Positions 22,813 to 31,867 of a DNA stretch of 39,516 nucleotides are shown piece by piece. Numbering within the stretch: the stretch's first letter is position 1; every line of letters begins with the position of its first letter. The DNA is from a virus (lineage: Duplodnaviria; Caudoviricetes): positions 1-39,516 of IMG/VR virus record IMGVR_UViG_3300049228_000044, one strand, 5' to 3'. A model generated the notes under the pieces. It saw only the letters and a program-made list of their open reading frames with translations. It had not been told where the DNA came from and searched no databases. The translations under genes were made by a program, and so were the position numbers.

Positions 22813-23481
22813 TTACGTCTTGAAGCCGCCGCCCGCCCAACCGGACAGCGCGGAGCCGAGAAGACCACCAAGCGTTGACCCGGCGCCCTGTTTTTGCGTT
22901 TGCGTACCATAGCCATTGAACAGCCCGCCAAGGCTTCCGGCATACTGTCCGGCAGCGTCAATCGGGGCCTGCGCGGCTTGAAGCGCTGCCATCATCGGCG
23001 TTATCTGGATCACGTCCGCCGCCGCCAGTCCGGGCGCCTGTCCTGCCGCCTGGCCCATCCGTCCGCGCTCGTCATTGTAAGCGCCATACCGGGTCGCCAG
23101 CGTATTCTTGGCGATGTTCCGGCTGATAATGTCGGCATAGGAACTGCCGCCGGTCAAACCCTTTGCCCCAAGCGATGCCTGCAACTGGTTACGGATATCG
23201 TCGTTTGACTGGCCTAGCATCTGGTCAAGGTAAGGGTTGCCCTCGTTCAGATAGCGGCCCGAAAGGACATCTGTGTTATAGCCCGTCGCGGCATTGACCG
23301 CCGGATTGCCAGCACGGTACTTTTCGATCATTTCCGGCAATAGCCCGGTAATCTGATCGGTCGCGTCTTGGATGTTCCCGGAGTTTTGATCGTATGCATC
23401 ACGAACCGAACCTGCCCCGCCGAGAATAAACGGCTGCGCTGGTTTCCACGGTGAAGTTGTGCTCTTGCTTTTTTTCGACAT
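22813..23481 (-). CDS. DNA ejection/pilot protein 1 (P22 gp7-like position)
   Basis: MSKKSKSTTSPW.PAQP...NPYL...GGS...Gly-rich C-terminus. Confidence 0.75.
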   Translation of the reverse strand: MSKKSKSTTSPWKPAQPFILGGAGSVRDAYDQNSGNIQDATDQITGLLPEMIEKYRAGNPAVNAATGYNTDVLSGRYLNEGNPYLDQMLGQSNDDIRNQLQASLGAKGLTGGSSYADIISRNIAKNTLATRYGAYNDERGRMGQAAGQAPGLAAADVIQITPMMAALQAAQAPIDAAGQYAGSLGGLFNGYGTQTQKQGAGSTLGGLLGSALSGWAGGGFKT

Positions 23482-23852
23482 TACAATTCCCTTTCATACC
23501 CTACACCCAAAGGGCTATGAATGACATTCCAATTCTTCAGCACCTTGACCCAGCCTTTGCGGCCATAGGCCCTGACTGACTTCATTCCGGCGGTGCGCAT
23601 TTCGTTGCCGATTGCTTCGTCTAAAGCATGTATCCAGCGGCGATGATCGCGCCCGCCGACCAGGATAACCTCGCCAAACCCGTCAACCGTAATTCTTGCC
23701 GTCGCCGCGCCGATCAGGTCCGGGTCATATATCGCCCAAATCAGTTCATGCTCTTCAAGTATCGGAACCCCGCCGCGCTTTGCCGCCGGTTCCAGAAACG
23801 CCTTGATTGCGGGCCAGTCAGGATGATCCGCCGCGACAATCCCGATAATCAC
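23481..23852 (-). CDS. GNAT-fold virion assembly protein (T7 gp13-like position)
   Basis: W..I..FLEPA..RG...LVGG...W...G...GRKGW.K.L motif; GTGA overlap. Confidence 0.7.
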   Translation of the reverse strand: MIIGIVAADHPDWPAIKAFLEPAAKRGGVPILEEHELIWAIYDPDLIGAATARITVDGFGEVILVGGRDHRRWIHALDEAIGNEMRTAGMKSVRAYGRKGWVKVLKNWNVIHSPLGVGYEREL

Positions 23853-24565
23853 GCCGCGAACGACATCAGGAATGGCCGCATAATCCGGCTTGAAATGGCC
23901 ACTCCCATAGTGCTGCCGAGAACCCAATTCGCACCGGGTGCGTTGCCATCAATTGAAGACGAAGCCGCCCCGCCCGCGAACGAGAACGTATAGGATGAAG
24001 CCAATCCAGCTGCCGAGCCATTGCCTGCACCAGCACCCCCAGCCCAAGCCATCGCAATAGAGGACGCCATGCCGGTAGCGGCGGCGCTGCCAGTCGCTGC
24101 GCCGCCTGCAACCGAATATGCAACCGAAGCCGCAAAACCGCTAGCACTGACGGAAACCGAAGCTGCGCCTGGGGCCAATACGTAAGTAAACGAAACCGCC
24201 GAACCATCGGCGTTCGCGGCGGCGGTTGCCGCTCCCACGGCGGTAGAATATGTTACCGTCCCGGCTTGTCCGTTGGCACTAGCGCCCCCGGTTGCCGCCC
24301 CTGCCGCAAATGACAGGCTGACTACCCCAGCGGACCCGTTGGCCGCAGCGCCCCCTGTCGCTGCCCCTGTTGCAGTGGAGAATGTAACTGTAAACGCCGC
24401 ACCAGGGGCGTTGCCGTCCAGCGCCCCGCCAGTCGCTGCGCCGCCTGTAAACGAAAAGGTATAGCTTGTTGCAGCGCCAGCTGCCTCTACCTCAACAGTA
24501 TCCCAAAGCCTTATGTCTGGCGAATTTGCATCGACAGTTATCGCCCTGAGAATGATGTCGGGCAT
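23849..24565 (-). CDS. Ala/Gly/Ser/Thr-rich repetitive virion protein
   Basis: About eight ~22-aa repeats (F..GAATGGA.ANG); 20-bp DNA repeat at 24089-24108 and 24428-24447. Confidence 0.75.
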   Translation of the reverse strand: MPDIILRAITVDANSPDIRLWDTVEVEAAGAATSYTFSFTGGAATGGALDGNAPGAAFTVTFSTATGAATGGAAANGSAGVVSLSFAAGAATGGASANGQAGTVTYSTAVGAATAAANADGSAVSFTYVLAPGAASVSVSASGFAASVAYSVAGGAATGSAAATGMASSIAMAWAGGAGAGNGSAAGLASSYTFSFAGGAASSSIDGNAPGANWVLGSTMGVAISSRIMRPFLMSFAA

Positions 24566-24975
24566 TAGACTGCAACCGGAATGATCGTATTAACCGTTGT
24601 GCCCGCTACGTCTGGGCTTCCTGCCCTATAGGCCACAAGGTAGAATGGCCCGGTTCCTGGCATATTGAAGACGAAGTTTCCACTCGCATCTGAAACAGTC
24701 TCGGCTATCGAAACGTCCCGCCCGGTAATATAAAGCTCCACCGCGCACGTCCCCAAAGCCGTCCCGTTCTTGTCGCGCGTCACCCCGGAAATTGTGAAAT
24801 TGGCATAGCCTCCGGGGCTGCGATAGACCACCGTCCCGATCTGGCCGCGATTGATCACCGTGCGCCCGGAAACATTGCGGTCATCGCTCTGGGTCAGCCC
24901 GCGCCAGTGCGACGCGGCGCGCCCGCCCCAGCCCATCCGCGCCAGGGGGCGGAACGCGGTGGGCTGCGCCGACAT
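24565..24975 (-). CDS. Virion protein with prealbumin/carboxypeptidase-regulatory-like domain
   Basis: ISGVTRD.NG..LG.C.VELY...TVSDASGNF.F motif; TAATG coupling. Confidence 0.7.
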   Translation of the reverse strand: MSAQPTAFRPLARMGWGGRAASHWRGLTQSDDRNVSGRTVINRGQIGTVVYRSPGGYANFTISGVTRDKNGTALGTCAVELYITGRDVSIAETVSDASGNFVFNMPGTGPFYLVAYRAGSPDVAGTTVNTIIPVAV

Positions 24976-25544
24976 TACACAGATTCCCAAATCTCATAGG
25001 TGTGAACGGTCATGGAACCGGTCGCAACGGTCTGGGTAAAGAACATATCAACCGCGTTAGCCGCCGTGTTGTCAAAGCCGGTTCCCACAGCAGGCGTGCC
25101 AACCGGGCACAGCAGCACCCCGTTACCGCCAGCGCTGGGCAGCGGCGCACCCACTACCGCTTCGGAAATCAGCTTACCCAGCCCGAACAGCGTGGTGCTG
25201 GTGCTGGTGCCAACCGCGCGGCAGGTTAGATCTACCTCAAGCAGAAACGGAACCGTAGTCTTGGCGACAATGTTCAGGTTCAGCGCGCCGCTGTCAAACG
25301 CGACGATGGTCCCCGAAGGCCCGGTGCGCAGATCAAACCGCGCGGTGCCTGGGGTAGTAACCACGCAGGAAATACGCCCGCCTAGACGGACCTTCCACTG
25401 CTTGCCCACCGTCCAGTAATTGTTCGGCAGGATTAGCCGCGAGGCCACCGGAATGCACGAAGCGGCGGCGGCGGTGGTCAGGGTCGGGCCGTCGCTGCTG
25501 GCAATCACCAGCGGGACGAAGGACGATGGGTTTGGATAGGCCAT
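24975..25544 (-). CDS. Beta-rich virion structural protein (189 aa)
   Basis: AGGAG RBS; Thr/Gly-rich; in the morphogenesis operon. Confidence 0.75.
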   Translation of the reverse strand: MAYPNPSSFVPLVIASSDGPTLTTAAAASCIPVASRLILPNNYWTVGKQWKVRLGGRISCVVTTPGTARFDLRTGPSGTIVAFDSGALNLNIVAKTTVPFLLEVDLTCRAVGTSTSTTLFGLGKLISEAVVGAPLPSAGGNGVLLCPVGTPAVGTGFDNTAANAVDMFFTQTVATGSMTVHTYEIWESV

Positions 25545-25552
25545 GAGTTCTC

Positions 25553-25972
25553 CTAGTTTTGCTTTGTCAGGGTTGAAGCGGCAAGGCTGAAAGTGCCGAG
25601 AGTCGAAGTGATGTCGGAGCCAAAATCATCATAGGCGATGATTTCATCCGCCGACGAAGCGCCGCCCCGAGACTTGTAATAGACCGCGCCGCGCGCCGTG
25701 ATCGTCGCGGTGGTCCATGAAACGGCGCCGAACGTAATCACAACCCTATCATTAGTGGTGTCAACCGCAGCAACCGTGACAGTCGAAGCCGTGCCGCCGG
25801 TTGTATATCCGGTACCAGAAACCTCGTTGGTCACGTCACTGCGCCGCGTATGGGTATCCTTGTTCGGAGTGTACGACGAAGTGACCAACATCACCTTGAA
25901 CGTGTCGGTATCGTAATCGACAGAGCCGATTGCCTCATCGCGCAAAGCGCTGTTGAAAATTAGCGAAGTCAT
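25553..25972 (-). CDS. Conserved virion structural protein (139 aa)
   Basis: D.DTDTFKVML..S.YTP..D.H...DVTNEVSGTGYT.GG motif, common in phage structural modules. Confidence 0.8.
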   Translation of the reverse strand: MTSLIFNSALRDEAIGSVDYDTDTFKVMLVTSSYTPNKDTHTRRSDVTNEVSGTGYTTGGTASTVTVAAVDTTNDRVVITFGAVSWTTATITARGAVYYKSRGGASSADEIIAYDDFGSDITSTLGTFSLAASTLTKQN

Positions 25973-26298
25973 TATGCGTCCTCTTCAATCCCGTTAATGT
26001 TGAATGTTACGCTTCCCGAAGCGGAGTAAACCCGGACAACATCTGAAGCGGCAACCGTGAACCTGGCCGTCGCCTGCGCCTCGTTTGCCCCCAGCGCGAA
26101 GTCATAGAGCAGATATTGCCCATTAGCCGAAGCCGCCCCGGCGACCGCATGTTGCAGCCTGATCGTCGTTGCCGTGGAGCGATTGCAGATAATCACTTCA
26201 AGCTCGGCCCGACGCGCGGCAGGCACCGTGTAAGCGTCCGTCAGCGTCGTTGCGGCAGGGGTGGACTGCGCCAAAGCGCCGAAGGTGTCACTGGCCAC
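25972..26298 (-). CDS. Small beta-sandwich virion protein (108 aa)
   Basis: LAQS.P.ATTLTD.YTVP...ICNR...L.YD...DV.RVY...F...G motif. Confidence 0.75.
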   Translation of the reverse strand: MASDTFGALAQSTPAATTLTDAYTVPAARRAELEVIICNRSTATTIRLQHAVAGAASANGQYLLYDFALGANEAQATARFTVAASDVVRVYSASGSVTFNINGIEEDA

Positions 26299-26437
26299 TC
26301 AGAAACCTGGCCTTCGCGCGCGAAAAGCCCCCCGCACCGGATTGCATCGACGAAACCAGCCCCGCAACCTTGTTGCCCTGTTCCGCTACCCTACGGGGCC
26401 AATCCTTGATCCGCGCATCTACCGGGATTTGCCTCAT
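26288..26437 (-). CDS. Small hypothetical protein (49 aa, MRQIPVDARIKDWPRRVA...)
   Basis: ATGA overlap with the nozzle gene; not in the ORF track. Confidence 0.65.
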   Translation of the reverse strand: MRQIPVDARIKDWPRRVAEQGNKVAGLVSSMQSGAGGFSRAKARFLSGQ

Positions 26438-27849
26438 CGCTCACCCCCTTGTTCCGCGTCAATCTCGATACCCTGGATATAGTCCCAATCGGTCCCCGCC
26501 GCGAAACGGATGGACGTGGAAATATACCGCCCGGCGGCCCGGATCGGAATGACCCCGCTGGCCCGCAACGTCGCCTCGGTTGACAGGTTCGGAGCGTCCC
26601 CCAGCCTTGCCCGCGCGTCCAGCACCATTGTTATCCCGCTGGTCGCATCCGTAACCGGCCTTACCGCCCGCACCCTTGCCCGATAGCCCGGCGTCAACTG
26701 CGCAAAACCCATATCGAGTTGAACCGCCAAATTGTCCCCAGCCAGCGTCCCCACCTTGTTATCGGCGTCCACAATATACAACCTGGGGTTGCCCCCTGAA
26801 AACCTTGGATCATCGAGCGAGTAAGGCATGGTGTCCAGATTAGGATAAATCACCGCCAAATCTTCAAGCCCGATTGAGGCCGTAAAGCCGGGGAACAGGC
26901 CGCTGAAAACAAGTTCGGCGGTTGCCCACTTATCCAACTCGAAATTGTAAATCCACAGCGCCCCCGGCGTCCCCGGCACCCCCCACATGACCAACTTGTT
27001 TTGCGGATCAACGGCGGTGTAGATATTTTGCAAGTCATCGCGCGAGACTTCGCGGTCAAATGTCCGGTCAACCTTTTCCGAACCGATTGGCCTAAGCTCT
27101 TGCCCATCCTCCAATGCCATGAAGCCCCGGTCGGAGCGGAAAAAGATCGTCCGGCCCGCTTGCGCTACAGTCGCCCCGTTCGCGCACCCAAAGTTGGTTG
27201 AAACTTCATCGAACTGGAACGGCGCATCGGCGCTTCCGGTCCGCGTCATGCGCACAATCTGCTCGCGTTGCAGGATGATCCCGTATTCACCCCCGGCAAC
27301 AAACTGGACCGAACCGCCCGCCTGGATTGGCTGCGAACCGGCTTGATCCACCCCGTCAACCCAAGCGGTATGATCGCGGTACGAACTCCATTGAACCGTG
27401 TTGACCACCCCCCCGGCCTGCCCGATCACGACATAATCGCCGACCACCGCCACGCTTGTCCCCGAAGGTGCCCCGGCTATCGCCGCAGCAGTAGAGCCGC
27501 CGAGGTCAACCTCATAAGTCACCCCGCCCGTCACCGCGACGGCATAATTCCCGAACTGCGTAAAGCGCCAGCGCCCGTCGATTGTCAGACTGCCGATCAG
27601 GCTGGTCCATGCCCCCGCGTTGTATTTGTAAAGGTTGGTAGCGGTACCGGCCAACATGTAGCCCGTCCCGTCCGCCGAAATCGCACTGGACCCGCCCAGA
27701 AACGTCCCAGAAAGCGCCTCGGAGATAGTCAGCACAGCTTGCACCGGACGATAGCCGTCCATCGCCGGATACACGTTCTCAGCCTTCAACAGCACCCCTG
27801 AGTTGTTTGACTGGTCCGGCTTGTAATCCGGCAGGGGCAGGCGGATCAT
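26434..27849 (-). CDS. Tail nozzle / DNA stabilisation protein (P22 gp10 / T7 gp12-like)
   Basis: Beta-propeller-like; GC....V.Q.G.TIFF.S.RGF...IG.EKVD.TF motif; follows the adaptor. Confidence 0.8.
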   Translation of the reverse strand: MIRLPLPDYKPDQSNNSGVLLKAENVYPAMDGYRPVQAVLTISEALSGTFLGGSSAISADGTGYMLAGTATNLYKYNAGAWTSLIGSLTIDGRWRFTQFGNYAVAVTGGVTYEVDLGGSTAAAIAGAPSGTSVAVVGDYVVIGQAGGVVNTVQWSSYRDHTAWVDGVDQAGSQPIQAGGSVQFVAGGEYGIILQREQIVRMTRTGSADAPFQFDEVSTNFGCANGATVAQAGRTIFFRSDRGFMALEDGQELRPIGSEKVDRTFDREVSRDDLQNIYTAVDPQNKLVMWGVPGTPGALWIYNFELDKWATAELVFSGLFPGFTASIGLEDLAVIYPNLDTMPYSLDDPRFSGGNPRLYIVDADNKVGTLAGDNLAVQLDMGFAQLTPGYRARVRAVRPVTDATSGITMVLDARARLGDAPNLSTEATLRASGVIPIRAAGRYISTSIRFAAGTDWDYIQGIEIDAEQGGER

Positions 27850-28487
27850 ACACAGACCGGCGAACGCAGGCGGATAGGGGAAGCAATGCGGTAGCGATTT
27901 CCCTGCTGGTTGATCTCCTCCATCGTCGTTACCAAAGCGGCTTCCAGAAGCGGAATGCGCGCGTCATGGCCCAGGAACGCCTCGCACTGGATCAACAGCG
28001 CGTAAACATAGGCGTCGGCATTCTCAGACAGCAGCCAGTTGGTCTGGTTTGCTGCCGAAAGATAGTCCAGTTTCGCCATGTAGGTCAGTTCAACCGTATA
28101 GGCCGCGTCCGGCGTCGGCCCGAAATACAGCGATTGGTTGGAAACGGTGTAAATGAACGGCTTGCCGCTCAATTCCATCTCGGATTGAACCGCGTGCAGC
28201 GGCGCCAGCGCCAAAGGATAGTCGCTGTCGATATAGGCCGAACGCAGTTGCCGGAAGCCGGTAGGCAGCGCGGCATAGGCCGTCCCCGCCGTGGTTGTCA
28301 CGCTTGCCGTAGTTTCACGTTCCGGCACCGTCAGCATCCGGTTAAGCCGGTATTCGGCCATCCTTAGCAAAGCGGGAAGCTGTGTTTCGGTTTCGCTGTC
28401 CAGTTCCAGGTGAGCAATGATGAAATCCAGCAGGCCGTCATACGTCTCGATATCGGCAGCGGTGGATAGCGTGATAGCAAGGCTCAT
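27846..28487 (-). CDS. Head-tail adaptor (tail tubular protein A-like)
   Basis: AE.RLNR.L...LP..F...G.P..Y...FGPTPD.AY..EL.Y...L...NQTNWL...D.Y.Y motif. Confidence 0.85.
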   Translation of the reverse strand: MSLAITLSTAADIETYDGLLDFIIAHLELDSETETQLPALLRMAEYRLNRMLTVPERETTASVTTTAGTAYAALPTGFRQLRSAYIDSDYPLALAPLHAVQSEMELSGKPFIYTVSNQSLYFGPTPDAAYTVELTYMAKLDYLSAANQTNWLLSENADAYVYALLIQCEAFLGHDARIPLLEAALVTTMEEINQQGNRYRIASPIRLRSPVCV

Positions 28488-29266
28488 GCCGCTTCCTCCA
28501 ATTGCTTGATCTTGTCTTCAAAGCGGCCGGTCAGCTTCTTTCCGGCCTCAATCCACTTGTCCTGCTGCTTGACCGCATGGGCATTGGTATAGATGTACTC
28601 GTGGATATGCCCGGTTTCCCATGACAGTTCGTGGTCAACGTAAATCTTGGCCCCGGCCTCGCGCAGCTTGCGGAAGAAATAGACATCCTCGCCAATCATG
28701 CCCGATTGGCCCGGAATTTCCTCGAACTTGAACAGCGGCATGAAGCTGCCAGTTTCCTTGTCCGCCTTGGCCTGCAACAGGTCAAACACCCGCATATTCA
28801 TCATGCACAGCCCGAAGCCCAGATGGTCAACCTCCTCGATAACCCCGTCTGTCGCCTTTTCCAGCGTGGTGTAAACAAGGTTTTTGTAATCCTGCCCGTC
28901 CGCGTCCGTAACCTTGCGGCTTGCCGTAGGGGCCGTAGGTGTGCAGCGCCGGGCATAGTTGGCGCCGATCACGTCCCGGTTGTGCGCCAGTAGCCTGGGG
29001 ATCGCATCGGCGGGGAATACATGGTCGGCATCAAGCCAGAGCATGTGCGAGGCGCCCCACACGATAGCTTCCGCAGCGAGCCGGTGGCGGCTCTCGGTCA
29101 GCATCGAACAGGATACCATGAATATCTCGGTTTCAATCTCAAGCAAGTTGCCGTCCGGGTCGGTCATGCGGCAGTTGCCCAGGTGAATGAGCGCCTGCGC
29201 CAGGCTAAGCGTGAACTTGGCCTTCGTGTCACCGTACGCCGGGATGCAGATTGCGAGCTTGATCAT
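28484..29266 (-). CDS. GT-A fold glycosyltransferase (GT2-like)
   Basis: ICIPAY N-terminus, DxD motif LWLDAD, GFG..M, GEDVYF and GH motifs. Confidence 0.8.
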   Translation of the reverse strand: MIKLAICIPAYGDTKAKFTLSLAQALIHLGNCRMTDPDGNLLEIETEIFMVSCSMLTESRHRLAAEAIVWGASHMLWLDADHVFPADAIPRLLAHNRDVIGANYARRCTPTAPTASRKVTDADGQDYKNLVYTTLEKATDGVIEEVDHLGFGLCMMNMRVFDLLQAKADKETGSFMPLFKFEEIPGQSGMIGEDVYFFRKLREAGAKIYVDHELSWETGHIHEYIYTNAHAVKQQDKWIEAGKKLTGRFEDKIKQLEEAA

Positions 29267-29559
29267 ATGGTTCCCTTTGTCGTGCGGTAACAGGCATTGA
29301 CCGGGTCATTCGCCCAGCGTTTCCAAGCTGCCGGATCGTGAAACCAGCCGTCGTTGAACGCCTGATCAAGAACAGTCTTGGGGATCAACGAGACCCGGCG
29401 CATGTCCATGGGTGGATTGTCACACCACATCTCTTTTGCGGCTGCGATGATCGGTTCAACGTCCTGCCGGGTTTCAATTCGGTGAACCCCGTCCTCGGCG
29501 TGGAATATCAGCTTGCGGCGTTCCTCGGGGACGGCCTCAAGCAATGCTTTTATGCTCAT
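29263..29559 (-). CDS. Conserved post-capsid protein (98 aa)
   Basis: AAGGA RBS; QDVEPII...IP...W.NDP.N..RT..G motif. Confidence 0.75.
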   Translation of the reverse strand: MSIKALLEAVPEERRKLIFHAEDGVHRIETRQDVEPIIAAAKEMWCDNPPMDMRRVSLIPKTVLDQAFNDGWFHDPAAWKRWANDPVNACYRTTKGTI

Positions 29560-29573
29560 ACGCTTCCTTTTGG

Positions 29574-29600
29574 AAAAGGGGCGAGGTTTCCCCCGCCCCT
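29574..29600 (-). terminator. Rho-independent terminator after the capsid gene
   Basis: AGGGGCGGGG-GAAA-CCTCGCCCCT followed by TTT. Confidence 0.75.
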
Positions 29601-29606
29601 CCCCTG

Positions 29607-30557
29607 TTACGAGGTAGTCAGATCGAACACGGCGGCATGGGCGTCAGGGTGACGCATTTCCAGCGTGTATTCACTGATGATGTCGCGAGTGATCGCGTCA
29701 CCGACACGGCCCAGCTCCTGCGGTTCAAAACCGCGCAGATAGGCCACAGCCACCTTGGTCACGTCGATAACGTAGGCATCGCGTCCACGCTGCGAACGGT
29801 TCGGCATGACCTTGAGGGTGCCGAAGTCCGAAGCGTAAAGCTCAGCAGCCGCATGAACAGTGCCGACATTGACGTTCTCACGCGCAGTAGTGCGGCCCGT
29901 GAAGGTCGAGAACTTCTGCTTGTTGAACGAACCGACCAGAACGATGTCAGGCTCGCCGCCATCGTCAAACGCATCCTTGATCGCGTCCTGCAACATCGCT
30001 TCGGTGAAGGTACGAAGGTCGCCCGCCGTCCCGTCAGTCGAAGCCGCAGTGGCCGCAGTGCTGTCCGCACCGTTGGTCCCGCGCGAGCCATTGGCGGAAA
30101 TCCACGCATTGAACGAACGCAAGGTTCGCGCAGTCGTGGTATTGCCCGCTGTCTGGCCAGTGTTGCCCAGCAGGATGTTCTCCTGATCGCGCTTAAGCTC
30201 AAGGCTCTTGAGCGACATCTGGTAGGCCATCATGTCATCGATGCCCGCCGGGTTGGTTGCCCGCTGGGTGCCGGTGACAGTCGCGTCCCTGCTGCTGATC
30301 TGGCAGTAGTTCTGCTTGCGCGCCGGGCTGGTCGAGCTAGCGCGGGTCAGCGCATCGCCTTCAAGCCTGGCGTTGGTCGAGTTGATCGACGCGAGCGCCT
30401 GCGTTGACCATTCATGCAGAACCGCAGTCGCTTTGACGCGCGGCACGGCGGAAATGAACGGAGTATCGGCAGGCGAAATGCGATAGACCGCATCGGTGAG
30501 GTCCTCGCGATTGGTGGTCACGTCATACGTGGCCAGAGCGGCAGTGACTTTCGTCAT
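29607..30557 (-). CDS. Major capsid protein (DUF5309/SU10-like)
   Basis: NREDL.D.VY.ISP.DTPF...HEW.T..L...NA..EG...NYCQI...Y.SDFG.L...PNR...EYTLE motifs. Confidence 0.92.
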   Translation of the reverse strand: MTKVTAALATYDVTTNREDLTDAVYRISPADTPFISAVPRVKATAVLHEWSTQALASINSTNARLEGDALTRASSTSPARKQNYCQISSRDATVTGTQRATNPAGIDDMMAYQMSLKSLELKRDQENILLGNTGQTAGNTTTARTLRSFNAWISANGSRGTNGADSTAATAASTDGTAGDLRTFTEAMLQDAIKDAFDDGGEPDIVLVGSFNKQKFSTFTGRTTARENVNVGTVHAAAELYASDFGTLKVMPNRSQRGRDAYVIDVTKVAVAYLRGFEPQELGRVGDAITRDIISEYTLEMRHPDAHAAVFDLTTS

Positions 30558-30563
30558 GGTAGA

Positions 30564-31595
30564 TTATCCCTTGAACAGATGTTTGAACACGGCAGCACCG
30601 GCTTCGATGCTGCCCTCACGGTTCAACCGGTCCATGTCGCGCTGCCTGCCTGCAATACGTTGCGCCGAACGCGGGCTGGATACACCGGGCTTCACCGCAG
30701 GCCCTGCCGGTTTCGGCTTGGCTTGCGCGGGTGAGGCCCGCAACTGATCGAACTGCCTTGCCTTCCAGAGCAGGTGCAACTGCGCCGATGTGATCTGGTC
30801 CTGCATTTCCGGGGCAAACAATTCCTCGGGAACGCCGTTCTGGATTGCATAGGTCACAAGGTCACGCACCAGCGGTTCCGCCTTGGCCGTATCGGTCAAT
30901 TCCGGCACGTCCGCCAACAGCTTCGGCGCATATTGCGCCTCATGCTCAGACTTCCATGCTTTGAACTGTTCGTTAGCCTCTTCGGTCTGCTGTCTGGTTA
31001 TGGCCTCCCGCTGCTCGGTGAGCTGGGCGAGGGCTTGGCTCTGCTGATCGTATTCCAGTTGTGCGAGGTCGAATGCCTCGCGGTTGTATTGTCCGGTTCC
31101 GGCGCCGAATGCGCGCGGGTCTGGCTTCACTGGATTGAGTACCGCCGAAAGCTGATCGATAGCTTCAAGGTACTGGTTCCGGTTGGTCTGCGCCTCTGCC
31201 AGCGCGGCCTCAGCGGCCTTGCGAGCGTTGGCACTCTCCTGGAACTTCGCATTGGTAGCGCGGATTTGCTCTGCGTCACGTTCGGCAACAAATGCCTTGG
31301 CGTCCGCTGGGAGCGCTTCCCAAACCTCTGCTTTGTCCGCAGGCCATGAAGGCGGCATTGGCTGGGCCTGTTCGGCTGCCTCTTCTCCGTCGTCATCGTC
31401 GGCTTCGACTTCAGCGACCTCTCCGGCCTCATCGATCTCTACCGTTTCCTCTTCGACCGGGCTTGCAAAGCGGCCATCTTCGCTTCTTAGCTGGACCGGT
31501 TCCCCGGTCGTAAATGCCTTGAATGCGTCGGCGGCGTTTTCGATTGCCTGATTGCGATCCGTTTCTGCTGGCGCAAGCGCCTGGGCAGTGTCCAT
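30564..31595 (-). CDS. Capsid scaffolding protein
   Basis: Acidic N-terminus, PPSW....E.WE.LP motif, coiled coil, KPG C-terminus; directly before the capsid gene. Confidence 0.85.
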   Translation of the reverse strand: MDTAQALAPAETDRNQAIENAADAFKAFTTGEPVQLRSEDGRFASPVEEETVEIDEAGEVAEVEADDDDGEEAAEQAQPMPPSWPADKAEVWEALPADAKAFVAERDAEQIRATNAKFQESANARKAAEAALAEAQTNRNQYLEAIDQLSAVLNPVKPDPRAFGAGTGQYNREAFDLAQLEYDQQSQALAQLTEQREAITRQQTEEANEQFKAWKSEHEAQYAPKLLADVPELTDTAKAEPLVRDLVTYAIQNGVPEELFAPEMQDQITSAQLHLLWKARQFDQLRASPAQAKPKPAGPAVKPGVSSPRSAQRIAGRQRDMDRLNREGSIEAGAAVFKHLFKG

Positions 31596-31630
31596 AGTTC
31601 ACCTATCGTTGAGGATGCCCCGAAGGGCGG

Positions 31631-31867
31631 TTAATCGCGGGCATTTCCCGCGAAACTCGCTAACTTCTGCCGCAGCTTGCGCACGGTGCGCAGTTCGGTC
31701 CAAATCCGGTCACGCTTGCGCGAAAACAGGCAATTCTCCCATGTCTCGCGCAGTTCCGTCTCAATTTCATCCCATGCCGCCTGATGGGTAGGATCATTCA
31801 ACAATGCCTGCGCAGCATAGGCCCGCGCCCGGCGTTCAGCGGCGCCAAGACCAATCGTGATGCTCAT
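31631..31867 (-). CDS. Small post-portal protein (78 aa)
   Basis: RA..AQALL.DP...AW...E...W motif; coupled to the portal gene. Confidence 0.75.
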   Translation of the reverse strand: MSITIGLGAAERRARAYAAQALLNDPTHQAAWDEIETELRETWENCLFSRKRDRIWTELRTVRKLRQKLASFAGNARD

